DNA from: Hemiscyllium ocellatum
Taxonomy: Eukaryota
DNA length: 64,000 nt
Reading direction: 5' to 3'
Assembly (NCBI RefSeq): GCF_020745735.1
Contig: NC_083413.1
Location: forward strand, 40,920,001 to 40,984,000
Positions within the stretch are counted from its first letter, which is position 1; every line of letters begins with the position of its first letter. Shown in pieces: positions 1 through 13,046 of this stretch. The notes beneath the pieces were generated by a model. The model was not told where the DNA came from. It made no database searches and worked only from the letters and a program-made list of their open reading frames with translations. The position numbers and the translations under genes were made by a program.

Positions 1-1595
1 ACCATTCCAAATACACTGGAGTTTCATTTTTCAATTGTTCAAGTGATTTGGGGCAAAGCTAGTATGTGTTGCCATCAATAACTGCTGCTGAGAAGCTGAG
101 CTATCTGTTTAACTATTGAATGGCCTGTTTGACCATTCCAAAAAACAGTCAAGTCACTCACAAAACTGTGGCTCAGGTATCACAGATAGGATAGACAGGG
201 AAAATAAATCTGGTTCATTTATAAAATGTTGGAAGTGACATGGGGTCAGAAACTTATGGAAGATGTAGAGCCTTCATCAGCTGGTGGTGCTGATCCATGC
301 TGACTTCTTAAGGCATGGACTTTTGCATCTAAAAACCAGTCAGACATTGGTGAGGCAAACGGTGGGCTGTTGCCTGGAATTAGGCTCGAAAGGTCACTGT
401 ACTGCCAGGGAGACTGCCAACCAATATGAGGCCAGCGACTCTTACACTCAGCAGCATCACAGAGAAATCCAAGTCTGCTAAAAACACCCAGGATCAAAAT
501 GTAAGGTAAGCGAGTTGCAAATGAAGATCTTTCTAAGAAGATGGCGTGAGAAGATCCAAAGCAAAGACTGGGTGCTTGCATCCCTGTCCTATGTCCAGTC
601 ACTCAATCAGGAATTGATTGCCTTTGATCAAGGTGTACCCACCCAAGCTGACAGTATTTCAGCTCAGATTCACCTGCTGGGCATACAATATGGTTATAGG
701 CATGTCTGCCAGCAGCTGAGTTAATCACTACGGGGGAAGAATGAGGCTATTAAATGGTGCTTAATTGGCCACTTAAGTCCTTTTGACCATCCTATTTGCC
801 CCTCACTTAATTTGAGTGGAGGTGAAAAGGTGGTGGGTGCAGGTAACGCCAGCACCCCATCCATTTAAGTGGCCACTTTCAGGGCCACAAAATTTTATTC
901 ATGGGTATCATTACTGAAGCTAGCATTTTATCTCACATTAAAATTTCCTAAGTGCTGTGATGAGATTTGAACATCACTAGCTGAGAACTACTGCATTTAC
1001 AAACTCTATAACATCCCATTATGTTACCATTCCAAAGTAGTTTAGTTGGTTGACTGGCTGTGATGTATTATGTTGCCAATAGCATTGGTCCAATCCTTAC
1101 TGAGGTGAACACAGATGTCTTGCATTGTCATCCTTGACCCCAGCACCTGAGACATGGTAATCCTCAGACTGAACTCAGTTGAAAGGAAAGTCCTATGGGA
1201 CTATGGTTCCCAATACTGAGAGTGGCTTCGAGATCCATTCTTTATAACATATCTCTGCCTTTTATTTCCTAATTTTCATTATGCATGTTGTTGTTGATTG
1301 AAATATAACATGATATTATTTGATCTTTTGGATTCAGAAGTGCAAATTTTCAGAACAAAAGACAACTTCTCACATTGTTTATCACAAATTCAAATGTGTA
1401 CAAAGCATGTCAAACTGATCGTGACCAACTATCAATATACTTTGAATCGATTTTAAAATTTACTGTGTGTCATTCCCAACAATCCACATCGTACTGTGGT
1501 TATTTATTCAATCACCTACCTATCCGTCTTCCTGCCATCGTTCTTCAAATACCTTTTGTTTCCTTGGGAATTTTGATATGGCTCCCTCTATGTTT

Positions 1596-1920
1596 GGGTG
1601 GCACGGTGGCACAGTGGTTAGCACTGCTGCCTCACAACGCCAGATACCCGGGTTCAATTCCCGCCTCAGGCGACTCTCTGTGTGGAGTTTGCACATTCTC
1701 CTCATGTCTGCGTGGGTTTCCTCCAGGTGCTCCGGTTTCCTCCCACAATCCAAAAATGTGCAGGTTAGGTGAATTGGCCATGCTAAATTGCCCATAGTGT
1801 TAGGTGAAGGGGTAAATGTAGGAGTAAATGTAGGAGTATGGGTCTGGGTGGTATACGCTTCGGCGGGGTCGGTGTGGACTTGTTGGGCCGAAGGGCCTGT
1901 TTCCACACTGTAAGTAATCT
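1596..1920 (+). mobile_element. HE1-type tRNA-derived V-SINE, full length
   Basis: tRNA-like head with A box (TGGCACAGTGG) and B box (GGTTCAATTCC), V-domain core (ctgtgtggagtttgcacattctcc), CR1-like tail ending gtaagtaatct. Confidence 0.9.
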
Positions 1921-2006
1921 AGTCTCCAAATCATTGATAAATTATAATATTCAATTAAGTATAATGCACAAAGTGCATTCCTAAGTTTAAGGGCTAAAGA
2001 TGTTTT

Positions 2007-2530
2007 AGGGGCAGCACAGTGGCTGACTGGCTTGCTATAAGACCATAAGACATAGGAGTGGAAGTAAGGCCATTCGGTCCATCGAGTCCACTCTGCCATT
2101 TAATCATGGCTGATGGGCATTTCAACTCCACTTACCCGCATTCTCCCTGTAGCCCTTAATTCCTTGTGACATCAAGAATTTATCAATCTCTGCCTTGAAG
2201 ACATTTAGCGTCCCCGGCAATGAATTCCACAGGCCCACCACAGGACCCAAGTTGGATTCTAGCTTCCCATAACTGCCTTGTGTGCAGTTTGTACATTCGC
2301 CAGGTGTCTGCACAGATTCCCTCTGGGTTTTCTGGTTTCCTCCCACAATCCAAAAATGTACAGGTTAGGTGGATTGGCCATGGGAAACAGCTCACAGTGT
2401 CAAGGGATATGCAGGCTGCGTGGATTAGCCTTGGGACATGCAGGGTTACAGGGGAGGGTGGGTGTGGGTGAGATGACCTTCGGAGGGTCGGATGGCCTGC
2501 TTCCACACTGTCGGGTTTCTGCGATTTCTA
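2007..2530 (+). mobile_element. Diverged HE1 SINE split by a minus-strand CR1 3' fragment (~2037-2240)
   Basis: SINE head 2007-2036 resumes at ~2241; the insert resembles the reverse complement of a CR1 3' end (LWNSLP...FKAEIDKFL). Confidence 0.7.
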
Positions 2531-2619
2531 ATTTGTCGCCATGCATGTCACTGTCTATCAAAACTTGTAGGTCGGTTCAACTCCATTCAAATAAAATTTA
2601 TGCATTTGGAATAGTGTGA

Positions 2620-3300
2620 AACTCAAACGTAAAAGATGCATTTCTGGACTGCTGGCGTTTCAGTTTAATATGCTCAATACTAAATATCGATGAGCATTTT
2701 TATGATTAAATATTGCTGATCGCGGTACAACTCCTGCCAATTCAAAACTCCGGTTACAGCTGTAACCTGATATGGCATTAAGCGGTTTCTCGACGTTTCA
2801 AAATTAAATAAGATTCATAATCGTTAACAGTCCGAATGCATCAATTTAAGTGAAAGCTCAAGAACGACACTTCGTCACAACAAGTTAATGAACCGAACGG
2901 TCCAGGCGCTATTCATTCACAGACAACTGCCATGAGGATTACTGGTTTGAAAACAGCTCCAGATTTAGTTCCGCCTGATAACACGCTTGGTCGCGTTTGC
3001 CAATCAAGGAATATATGGCTTACGAAACCGACTTACTCTTGTGATCTGAACATCCCAGACCGCTGTTTGACGCTGGTCCTGTTAAAGGCAGATGTTACTG
3101 TCCAGGCGCAACACCATTCCTGAAGTTCTAAAGCAGCCTGAAATCTGCGTGCAGGTCAAGCCCAGGATTGCCCCAGTGGTATTGCTGTGCGGGCTGAGGG
3201 CTGTCACTCTCTGTATTGTTAGGGTAATTTCACATGAACGCGTCAAGCGTTGTCACTTCCCCTGAACTGCCTTTTTGTTCTGGAATTCCATTCATTCATC
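2620..3300. promoter_or_regulatory. CpG-rich, non-repetitive, promoter-like region
   Basis: About 30 CpG by eye in ~650 bp against a CpG-depleted background; minus-strand consensus donor GTAAGT at 3036-3031. Confidence 0.45.
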
Positions 3301-3749
3301 AACACAACAAAGGCTAAATCTGGGGATTTTCTGGTTTTGTTCACATGTATGTAATAATGTCATACAGGAGGTCAGATGTGTCACTCTCGCCTCAGTAACT
3401 ATTTTTAGCCTTCTGTTCCCAGTAAGCTCATGTTTCTATCCTGAAGAGCAATGCGTTTATTGGACAATCTCAACTCGGTCTCTCGGAACAGCCTCCAGCT
3501 TTTCATTTTAGCTCACACACGCTTTGAAGCTGAAGTCAACATACATGACAGGGATGTTTTATTTAAATATTAATAACAATTATAAACACCTGGAACGCAA
3601 AATAATAAAAGCCGTTCACTCATCTTCTCTCCTCCCCACCCCACTTTCTTGTTGTACTGCAATCCCTCCTCTTATTGATTTTAACGCCACTTGAACGCAA
3701 AATATTTAGTGCACATCGAGATTTCCATCCAAGTATGCGTTGTGGGTCG

Positions 3750-3862
3750 GTAAGGTGGTTCATTTGTTGCTCACAGCACCAGGGATCCGGGTTCGATTCC
3801 AGCCTCAGTTACTGTCTGTGTGGGGTTTGCACATTCCCCCTGTGTCTGCGTGGGTTCCTCCC
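3750..3862 (+). mobile_element. HE1 SINE 5' fragment
   Basis: B box GGTTCGATTCC followed by the V-domain core; truncated. Confidence 0.7.
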
Positions 3863-4419
3863 ACACACCTGTAGTTAAAAGAGGTTAATATTACCAAATT
3901 GATTTGTAAAAAGCAGCTTGTTTGTTTGTTGTTTTCCCATCTTTATGGTTGTTTGCACAAAAGACAAGATGCTACAAACGTCCAAGATTGTTTTAACCCA
4001 GACTATAAAGAGGTGCATATAGACAATTCATCAAGTCTGATTTCCACTCAGTGTCTCAATGAACTAGGCACCAAAGTGCAGGTGGACTAATTGACCTTGC
4101 ATTTGTTTTAATAACAGATATGACACACCTTAGGCAGGTGGAATGTGGATTTTCTGGTCTGGAGGCTAGGACTCCACCACTGTGCCGCAAGACCCTATTT
4201 AATTTGCCTTGAAATTTTATATATTAGTCTGTGGATTGAAAGGTGATATTGGTGGCACATGAAAAATAAACACAGAAATATATATTTGTGAGTTATCAGA
4301 AATGTGATATCAAATTTAAGTATTAATTTAAAGATTGACTTAATTTCCTAGACAATAATTCTATCTCATATATGGGAATAAGATTGACTATCCTTGATTT
4401 TAAGGCAGCATTTAGATTA

Positions 4420-5690
4420 GCATGGCATCAAGGAGCTTCGGCAATATTGAAGTCAATGGGAATCAAGAGGAAAGCTCGCCATTGGTTGGAAGCATGCCAA
4501 GTATAGCAACCCCTCAAATACCACAGCAGATCATGGTAATCTACATCGTGACCTGTACAATGTACAGGTATAAGCTGACAAGTGATAAGCAACATCCATG
4601 CTTTATTATTACAAGACCAAGGCAGTGACCATCTCCAACATCTCATCTTGACATTGAATGCCATTTCCATTGCTGAGCCTTGCACTGTTAACCTTCTGAG
4701 GATTACCATTGACCAGAAACTAAACTGAATCCACCATATAAATACTTGTCCATGAGATCAGGTCAGTGTTTGGGAATACTGATGTGTGTAACTCAGCTAC
4801 TGACTATCCAAAGCCTGTCTACCATCCACAAGGCCCAAGTCAGCATGGTGTACTGTAAACTTGCCTGGATGAGTGCAAAATAATCAATAGCATTAGTGAT
4901 TTCTCAGATACTGAAGCAGCCTTTGTCAATATGCAGCAAAATCTGGATATGATTCTGGCTTGGACTGATAAGTGGCAAGTAATACTCACACCACACAAGT
5001 GCCAGGCAATGGCCATCTCCAACAGGAGAGAATCTAACAATTACTCCTTGACACTCAGGGCATTACCAAGTGCTTAATGCCATGCAGACCAAAGCAGTTG
5101 TTTAGCAACATATCCAACAACTTAAATGTTGAAGTTCTGAAGCTTGAGTTTTGAAGAAAGGTCACTGGACCTGAAATGTTAGCTCTGAGTTCTCGTCACA
5201 AAATCTGCCCGACCTGCTGAATTTTTCCAGCAATTTCTGTTTTGGTTTTGTTTCTGATTTCAAGCATCCATGGCTCTTTTGGTTTTTTTGCCTTAAGTGT
5301 TTATTTCCTCCACCATCATACACTGGCAAACATGTATGTAGGAGATACCCTGCATCAATTCTCAAAGGCTCCTTCAACAACACTGGCCAAATCTGTGTTC
5401 CTGAGTATCTAGATGGACAAGGGCAACAGAAACATAGGAATATTGCCACCTGCAAGTTTCCCTGTGACTTGTGCCTCTCAGTGACATATTATCTGTTATG
5501 GAACTATTTTGCTATTTCTTCATTGTTATTGGGTTAAAATCCTGAAAATTTCAATAACAACAGCACTTTGGTTGCCCCTGCACTAGAGATATCTCAGTGG
5601 TTCATGAAGGTGGCTTACCACCACCTTATCAACTGCAACTGAAGATGAGCAGCAAATATTGTCCTAACCAGCAACATCCACATCATCATC
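4420..5690. mobile_element. Fragments of an old non-LTR retrotransposon (CR1/L2-like)
   Basis: Degenerate RT-like pieces similar to 31500-32560 and 53760-54190; 3' end caccaccttatcaactgcaactgaagatg...cccacatc. Confidence 0.5.
5131..5291 (+). mobile_element. Penelope pLTR-derived mini-element (family C) with decayed hammerhead motif
   Basis: ttgaagaaaggtcactggacctgaaatgtt; approximate TSD cttaaatgtt/cttaagtgtt. Confidence 0.6.
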
Positions 5691-5720
5691 ACATAACAGC
5701 TTGTCACTAACAAATGGCAG

Positions 5721-5916
5721 AGAGAAAGTGAGGGCTGTAGATGTGAGCAATCAGAGTCGAAAAGTGTGGTGCTGGAAAAACACAGCAGATCAGGCAGCAA
5801 CCAAAGAGCAGGAGATCAGGAATGTGATGATGAAAGGCTTATGCCCACGACATTGACTCTCCTGCTCCTCAGATGCTGCCTGATGTAATGTGCTTTTCCA
5901 GCGCCATATTTTTCGA
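5721..5916. mobile_element. Fold-back Penelope pLTR mini-element (family B)
   Basis: Inverted arms (gtgctggaaaaacacagcag / tgtgcttttccagcgcc); TSD cactaacaaatggcag / cactaacacattacag. Confidence 0.7.
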
Positions 5917-8339
5917 CACTAACACATTACAGTATGATGAACACAAGACACTCTTTTGTGTACCTGAGAGTTTAAATTCCATGTTTGCTTCACAGCTGAT
6001 AAAAATCATACAAAATGTTAAATTAAACAAAAATATTTGCAATAGTGCAATCCCTCTTCTCTCAACTGTAACTGTTGTTATAAATAAAAGCTCCTGTACA
6101 AAATTAGGGCAGGAACCTCGTGGTTTCTGGAATGTGCATCTCTCAGTTCGAACACTGGCTTTCATGAATCTACAACAGTACTGTCAGCAGTTGTTAACAA
6201 TACTGTCCTAACCCAATGAAGAATTGCTGAACTGCTAGCCCAACTGAACTATTTTTCATTGAATGGAAAACACAAAAATCAGATTGTTATTAATGGAGTA
6301 TTGCTTTAACAGGAGAGATGCATTACTTTTTTGTCACTTTATTTAATCACACAGCTAATGTACTTTGGCAGTCAGGACCCTGAAAATGTTGGCCTCAGGA
6401 ATAAGTTCCATTGTTGAGGGGGGAGACCAGATGTTTTAGGAAATGAACTTGTAGTGACTGAAGTTATTCTATGAACCGAAGTGGAATTATCCTGATACTT
6501 TATAACTTAGCAATAAACAAAATATTCCAGATTTTCTGAGCCTTTTTAAAAGGTGATCAGTGACAGTGTCTTCATTTTTGGCAAGTCAATTGTATAAACG
6601 TTGGCAAGAGCAGACAAGGAGTCTTTATCTGAAATGAGCACTGAAGTCTCATTCCAATATGGAAATGAGGCCTACACTTATAGTCACCTAAATAAAGACT
6701 CCAACCATTTTAACAATAACCTGAACTCCCAGATATGATATGACCTCTGCATTGTTAAGTTGCTAATTGTACCTATTTCAAAGAGCAGGCTCAGTTAAAT
6801 TTAAAAAGAATATTGTGTGTAATGTAAATTGAGAAAATATCAAAAATGTCCTGATGGATATAAATTCTCAATTCTAGTAATGCAATATATATCTAAGATT
6901 GGTTCCCTTCTCTTCTTTCCTTAACTGTCTGAATAAACAAGAACCCTGGATACTTGATACTCAGAATCAATGTTTTAATTCGCACATTAATTGTAATTGA
7001 TGCTGCAGTTTCCACTTGACAATTCATCAATTATACAAGAGACAGTGAGGAGATAGTTCCGTGCTTGGAGACTACATAAACAAAGGAAACTGCCCATTGT
7101 CAATCTGTTTTGTAGAACTGCATATCATTTCTTGTTACTTCTAATTCCAGGCCAATTTCTTTAAATTAAATTCATGATGATATATAGTAATATAACAAAA
7201 AGTAACTAGAATTGGCTCCAGTCAAGCAAGAGTATTCCTTTCAGATAATTACAATAGCATAGTATTTTGTTTGGCATGATTGGCCTTGGTCTCTCAGGTA
7301 TGGTAGGTTATGGAGACTTGCCTCAGAAAACATTTGCCTTCCGTTTTCAAGTTGCTGAAAATAGGATAGACTTCTTTTTTATATTTCATTCATTAGCCTA
7401 TGAGCAATTTCTTGCATGTTCCCACATTTTTGAAAGTTCAATTCTCCCTCGGTGGCCATTGCTTTGTTAGGTGTTGGAGATGTTGAAGATTCAGGGAATA
7501 TGATTATCTCCCTCAGTTGAATAAATTTGCCAATATGCCAACCCTAATCAAACAATATTTTGGACATTATCTGTCAATACTAGCAGGAAGTCCAATAGAT
7601 ATGAGATGCTGAATGGCCATGGGCTCATAGCTATTCCATTATGTCACCCTGACACCAGCAAAGCAATGGCAGTAAGTTCTGTCAGTGCTTTCAATCATAC
7701 CATTACAGAACTGAACAATGTTAACAGCATTTCAAGGAACACAAACTCTTCATGGCCTAGGGAATGAATTTATTTCTAACTAGTAAACTAATGATCTCAC
7801 AAATTTTGGTACAGAGAGATGAATGCTAAGGGAAATTCTGAGAAAATATTACAAAAATGTTTGACAGGGTACATGCTACATTTATGTGATGGCTTCTTGG
7901 TCGGGCTTCAAATAAATATTTGGAAAAGCTGCGAGTGCTTAGCAAGACCATTTTAGATCCAACTTGCTAGGTGAAGTTGAATCCCATGGGTTCGTACTTG
8001 TCTGATCAACCTGCCATGTTGAATCTCATCAAAAATCTTGCTAAAGTCCATGTAGATTATTCATACATGCTATCCTCATCAACCCTTCTTGATATAGCTT
8101 CTCAAAAAAATCAACTTAGTCAGACACGACTTACCTAAACAAATGCATCCTGGCTATCCTTAACAAATCCATGTTTTTCTAAATTATAGAAAAATACTCC
8201 CCATTTAACTTGTTAAACAACTGACAGATCACCATCATAGTTATATTTTACTCTGTCCCTGAAGTGGACATTATTCTCCCTCAAACAAGTTAATTATTTT
8301 TTCAATCTCTGGCCTGTTTCCCTTTCCATTTCCCTGCAG

Positions 8340-9720
8340 GGTAGGAACAGCCATTCAGCCCCTCAAGCCTCCTCTGTCTTTATAGAACATAGCTGATCAT
8401 TTACCTCAATGTAATTTTCCCACAGGATCTGCACACCTCTTACTTCATGAATATCTAGAAATCAATTGATTTCTGTCTTCAACATGTTCAGTGACTGAGC
8501 TTCTACAGTCCTCTCAGGCAGAAAATTTCAAAGAATCACTACTTTCCGAGTGAATCCTCCTCATCTCAGTCCTACATGGCCTATCTTATTCTGGACTATA
8601 TCACTTGATTCTGGATCTCCACCCCCACCCAATTATAACCAAGGAAAACATCCTTTCTGTATCTACTCTGACCAACCCTTTACAAATTTGCTATGTTTCA
8701 ATGAGATCACTTCTCATTATTCTGAATTTCAGGGAATAAAAGCAGAGTCCTGTGATCACATGATTTAATCTGGTGAACTTCTGCTGCACCCTCTCTATGG
8801 CAAGTTTTTTCATTCTTAGATAAGGAGATCAAAATTGGGCACAATGATGTGACTATACTAAGATTCTATACAAATGAAGCAAAACAATGTTACTCATGTA
8901 CTCAAATCCTCTTATAATAAAGGCTAAGTTAACAGTTGTCTTCCTAACTGCTTGCTGCACTTCCATGTTAGCTTCCAGTGAATTATGAACAAATACCCAA
9001 GTCTCTTTGTACATCAACACTTCCCAATCTCTCACCCTTTATGAAATACTTTGCACATCTGTTCCTTCTACCAAAGTGGATAGCATCGTACTTATTCACA
9101 TTATATCTCCTGGGCTATTCCTTGCTCACTCAATTTGTCCAAATCCCTTGAAGCGTCATTACATTCGTCTCAAAAGAAACATTCTTACCTAGTCACTCAT
9201 ATCATCAGCAAGCTTGTAAGTATTACAATTGACCTCCACGTCAACATTAATGATATGGATTGTGTACAACTGTGTCTGAAGCACTAATGTTATAGTATCC
9301 TGGTTACTACATCATGCTAATTAGAACATGACCTGTTTAGTTTTTCTCAATCCATGCCATATATTACCCTCTATCTTATGTGCTCTCATTTTATTTTGTA
9401 ACCTCCTGAGTATATACATATCCAAAGGTTTCTGAAAATCTAGCTACACCACATCCATTAGCAGAATAAATAAAGTTTCTCCTTTATCAGTACCATGCTC
9501 AAAAACCTCCAACAGGCTTTTTCATTTATATGTGGTTTTTCATAAATCCATTTTGAGTCTGCACAATCAGATCATTACTTTCTAAGTGTTCAGTTATCAA
9601 AGTATTTATGATATTTTATACTTTCTTTTACCACTGATGTCAGACTAATTAGTTTTTGGTTACCTGATTACTCCCTCCCTTCTTCTTTCTAAACAGTAGA
9701 GTTACACTCACAACCTCCCA
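8340..9720 (-). mobile_element. Degraded CR1 LINE (3' part of ORF2)
   Basis: Minus-strand remnants LAFIIRGFEYMS..LLHLYRILV typical of the CR1 RT C-terminus. Confidence 0.7.
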
Positions 9721-11336
9721 ACCCATGAAGTAATTTGCACAATGAGCATGACACTAAAGATTCCTTTCTTTGGCTTTCAAGTGATATTTCATTCCTAAAA
9801 TCATTCTTCATTGCAACATGAACCAGGTGGAACTTGTATGCAAGTGGAAATGTGAATTAAGTTACTCACTGGCTCCATTCAACTCCATTTTATCTTGCAA
9901 TTAAATAAATAGCTTAACAATTCATAAACCCTGACACTACTCATGAGACTTGGAAACTAACAGTCTACACACAGTCAGCTCACATTCCCCCTTGATTCCT
10001 CCATTTTCCCTTTAATTAAAAAGATAATCCCAAAAACATAACAATCTTACCAACTTTGAATTTGCAATAAAAACTTAAATTTACATTTACAAGTTTGAAT
10101 CTTTGCCCCTTTGTTCCATTGCTGCAACATAATTTGTGGAGCATCTGGAGTCATGTTTACTACACCCTTAACATCACCAGACAAACAATACCTCTATTCG
10201 GCCCAAATGGTAAAGTTTCCCCAGACACTTTCAATAACTCTGACATAGGGAGATCACACAGTTGCTCTTCTCTGCACTGATTCCTGTACATTGATTTATC
10301 TCACCTGAACTAGTGAGCAAATTGGATGAGGTAAAATCTGATCAAACCAAGATAAATTTTAAACATTACTCATGTAGGCTTATACTTTATAACTTTGACC
10401 ATGTAGTTGATTTTATTGATTCATAAATTTTTACAACACAGGAGGAGGCCATTTAACTCAACTTGTCCATGTCAGTCAACAAAGATCTGACTACACTAAT
10501 CCCATTTTCCAACTGTCAACCCATAGTCCTAGAGGCTTTGCCAACACGAGAATATCTAAATTCTGCTTAAATGTTGTGAGAGTTTCTGATTAAGCCATTA
10601 CTTCAGGCAATGAGCTACAGACAAATTCTCCTCAACCTTACCCCAAATCTATACCCATGGTTATTGACTCTTCTACTAATGAAAAAATGTGTCTTCCTTT
10701 CAAGCCCATCTATGCCCCTTATTGTCTTATATATCTTTATTAGCTTTGGCACTCAAAAAAAACCCACCCTGACCTATCCAAACTTACTTCGTCACTGACC
10801 CACTATAGCCCAGCATCCCAATAAATCACTTCTCCTCTAATCACATCCTTTTAAAATGTGATGTTCAGAAATACACACAGTACTCTAGTTGTATCCTAAC
10901 CACCATTTTATACAGTTTTGGTATAATTTCTCTGCACTTTCATTCTGTGCCTTAGCATAGGAATCTCGTCTATCTTTTTAACAAATTCAGAGATCTGTGG
11001 ATATGCACATCAAGGACATTCTAATCTTCAATATTTCACAGGGTGTTACCATTCAGAGTATAATCCTTGTTCACTCACATCAAATGCATTTCCTCTCACT
11101 TTTCCCAGTTGAATTCCTTTGCCACCACTCTGCTCACCAGTTATCAATATCCTTCTGCAGTACGGGTATCCTCCTCACTAGTTATCATGCCACCAAGTTT
11201 TGTATCAATCATGAACTTTCTACCCCTACATTTAAGTCAAAATCATTAATGCATATCACAAACAGCAAGAGGACCAGGATAGTATCCTGTGGAATCCCCT
11301 GAAAATAAACTTCCGGTTACAGAAACGTCCCTCTAC

Positions 11337-11535
11337 TGTAGGTTAGGAGGATTGGCCATGCTAAATTTCCCATAGTGTCCAGGGACATGCAGGCTATGTA
11401 GATTAGCCATGGTAAATACATGGGTACAGGGTTAGGATAGGGGTAGTCTCAGTAGGATACTCTTTGGAGGGGTGGTTTGGAGTCAATGGTCTGAATGACC
11501 TGTTTCCACACTGTAGGGATTCTATCATTCTATGA
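11337..11535 (+). mobile_element. HE1 SINE 3' half
   Basis: gattggccatgctaaatttcccatagtg...tttccacactgtagggattcta. Confidence 0.75.
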
Positions 11536-11859
11536 TTAGCCTCTGCTTTCTGTCCATCAGCCAATTTTGGATTCAACATGGCAGTTTGCCTTGGATCCCA
11601 TGGGCTCTTACTTTCTTGACCAGTCTGTCATGTGGGACATTATCAAAAGCCTTGCAAACGTCTATGTGGCCCACATCGAATTCATTAATCTCATCAACTC
11701 TCCTGGTTAACTCCTAAAAACATTTTATCAGATTTGTCAATCATGACCTTCTTTTCACGAATCTGTAATGACTTTCCCCAATTAATCCAAGTTTCTCCAC
11801 ATGCAGATACACCTTGTCTGTCAGAATGATTCCGAATAACTTCCCCAAAACTCAGATTA

Positions 11860-11883
11860 GACTGACTGACTGACTGACTGACT
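11860..11883. repeat. (GACT)n microsatellite
   Basis: gactgactgactgactgactgact. Confidence 0.9.
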
Positions 11884-12627
11884 TGTAATTTCCTGGTCTA
11901 TCCCTTCCTCTCTTTTTTGATAATGCGATCAAAGATGCCTCTTTAACAAATTACTGCCAGGACTCTAACATCTCCTTTGTCTCCTTCCATAGCTTAGGAC
12001 ATGTCTTGTCTGGGCCTATGGATTTATCCATTTTAAAGCTGCTCAACTACTATTTCCTTTTCTCTCCTGGTATTAATTTCTTTTAATATTCCACAATCAT
12101 CTATCCTGATGTCTACACCTGCGTATTCCTTTTCTACTGTGTAGACTGATGCAAAATATTCATTGAGGACTGTGCTCATGTTTTCAGGGTCCACACAGAC
12201 ATAGCCTCTATGGTTCTTAATGGACCCTACTCTTTCCTAATCACTTGTTTGCATATTTAACAAACCTTTTGGATTGTCCTTTATTCTACCCACCCTTGCT
12301 TTCTCATAAACTCTGTTAGTTTTCTAATTTCCTTTTTAAACCTTCCCCAACCAACCGCACACCTCCCCATCCGCCCCACCCACCGCTCCTCTAGGGACTC
12401 TGATGTATTGAGCCCTTGGTGCCTGCCATAAGCTTTTTCTTTCTTAATCCTTTATGTCCCTTGACATCCAAGGTGTTCCGGTCTTGTTCCCACCTTTTGT
12501 CTTCAAGTTTCCCTTGTACTCTCACTATTTCCTCTTGAAAGTCCCTCATTGTTCTGACACTGTTTATTTTCAAGCCGTTGTTCCCACTCTACTTTTCCAT
12601 AACAATCGTAAATCTAATTAATTTATG

Positions 12628-13046
12628 ATGTGGAAGTCCCAGTGTTGAACTTGGATGGACAAAGTAAAAAATCACACGACACCAGGTTATAGTTGCATTT
12701 TTAGCTCAGTGGCTAGCAGCGCTGCCTCACAGCACCAGGGACCTGGGTTCAATTCCACCCTTGGGCGACTGTCTGTGTGGAGTTTGCACATTCTCCCTGT
12801 GTCTATGTGGGTTTCCTCCGGGTGCTCCGGTTTCCTCCCACAGTCCAAAGATGTGCAGGTCAGGTGAATTGGCCATGCTAAATTGCCCATAGTGTTAGGT
12901 GCATTAGTCAGAGGAAATTGGGTCTGGGTGGGTTAGTCTTTGGAAGGTTGGTTTGGACCTGTTGGGCCAAAGGGCCTGTTTCCACACTGTAAGCAATGTA
13001 ATCTAATCTGTTGGACCATAACCCCAGTGCCATGTGATTTTTGACT
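12628..13046. mobile_element. Fold-back Penelope pLTR mini-element (family A) with an HE1 SINE at its centre
   Basis: Inverted arms aaaaatcacacgacaccaggttatag / ccataaccccagtgccatgtgattttt; TSD taattaatttatg (12615-12627) / taattaatttacg (13047-13059). Confidence 0.75.
12702..13008 (+). mobile_element. HE1 SINE
   Basis: Head, V-domain and taatctaatct tail. Confidence 0.9.

Noticed and set aside
230-900. Possible old non-autonomous DNA transposon
   Set aside because: TIRs and TSD not identifiable.
1596-1670. tRNA-like sequence with A and B boxes
   Set aside because: It is the SINE head, continuous with the V-domain and tail; no standalone tRNA.
1375-1906. Recurrent ORFs such as MGNLAWPIHLTCT... 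and ...GFLPQSKNVQVR, repeated at many loci
   Set aside because: Translations of HE1 SINE copies on either strand, not genes.
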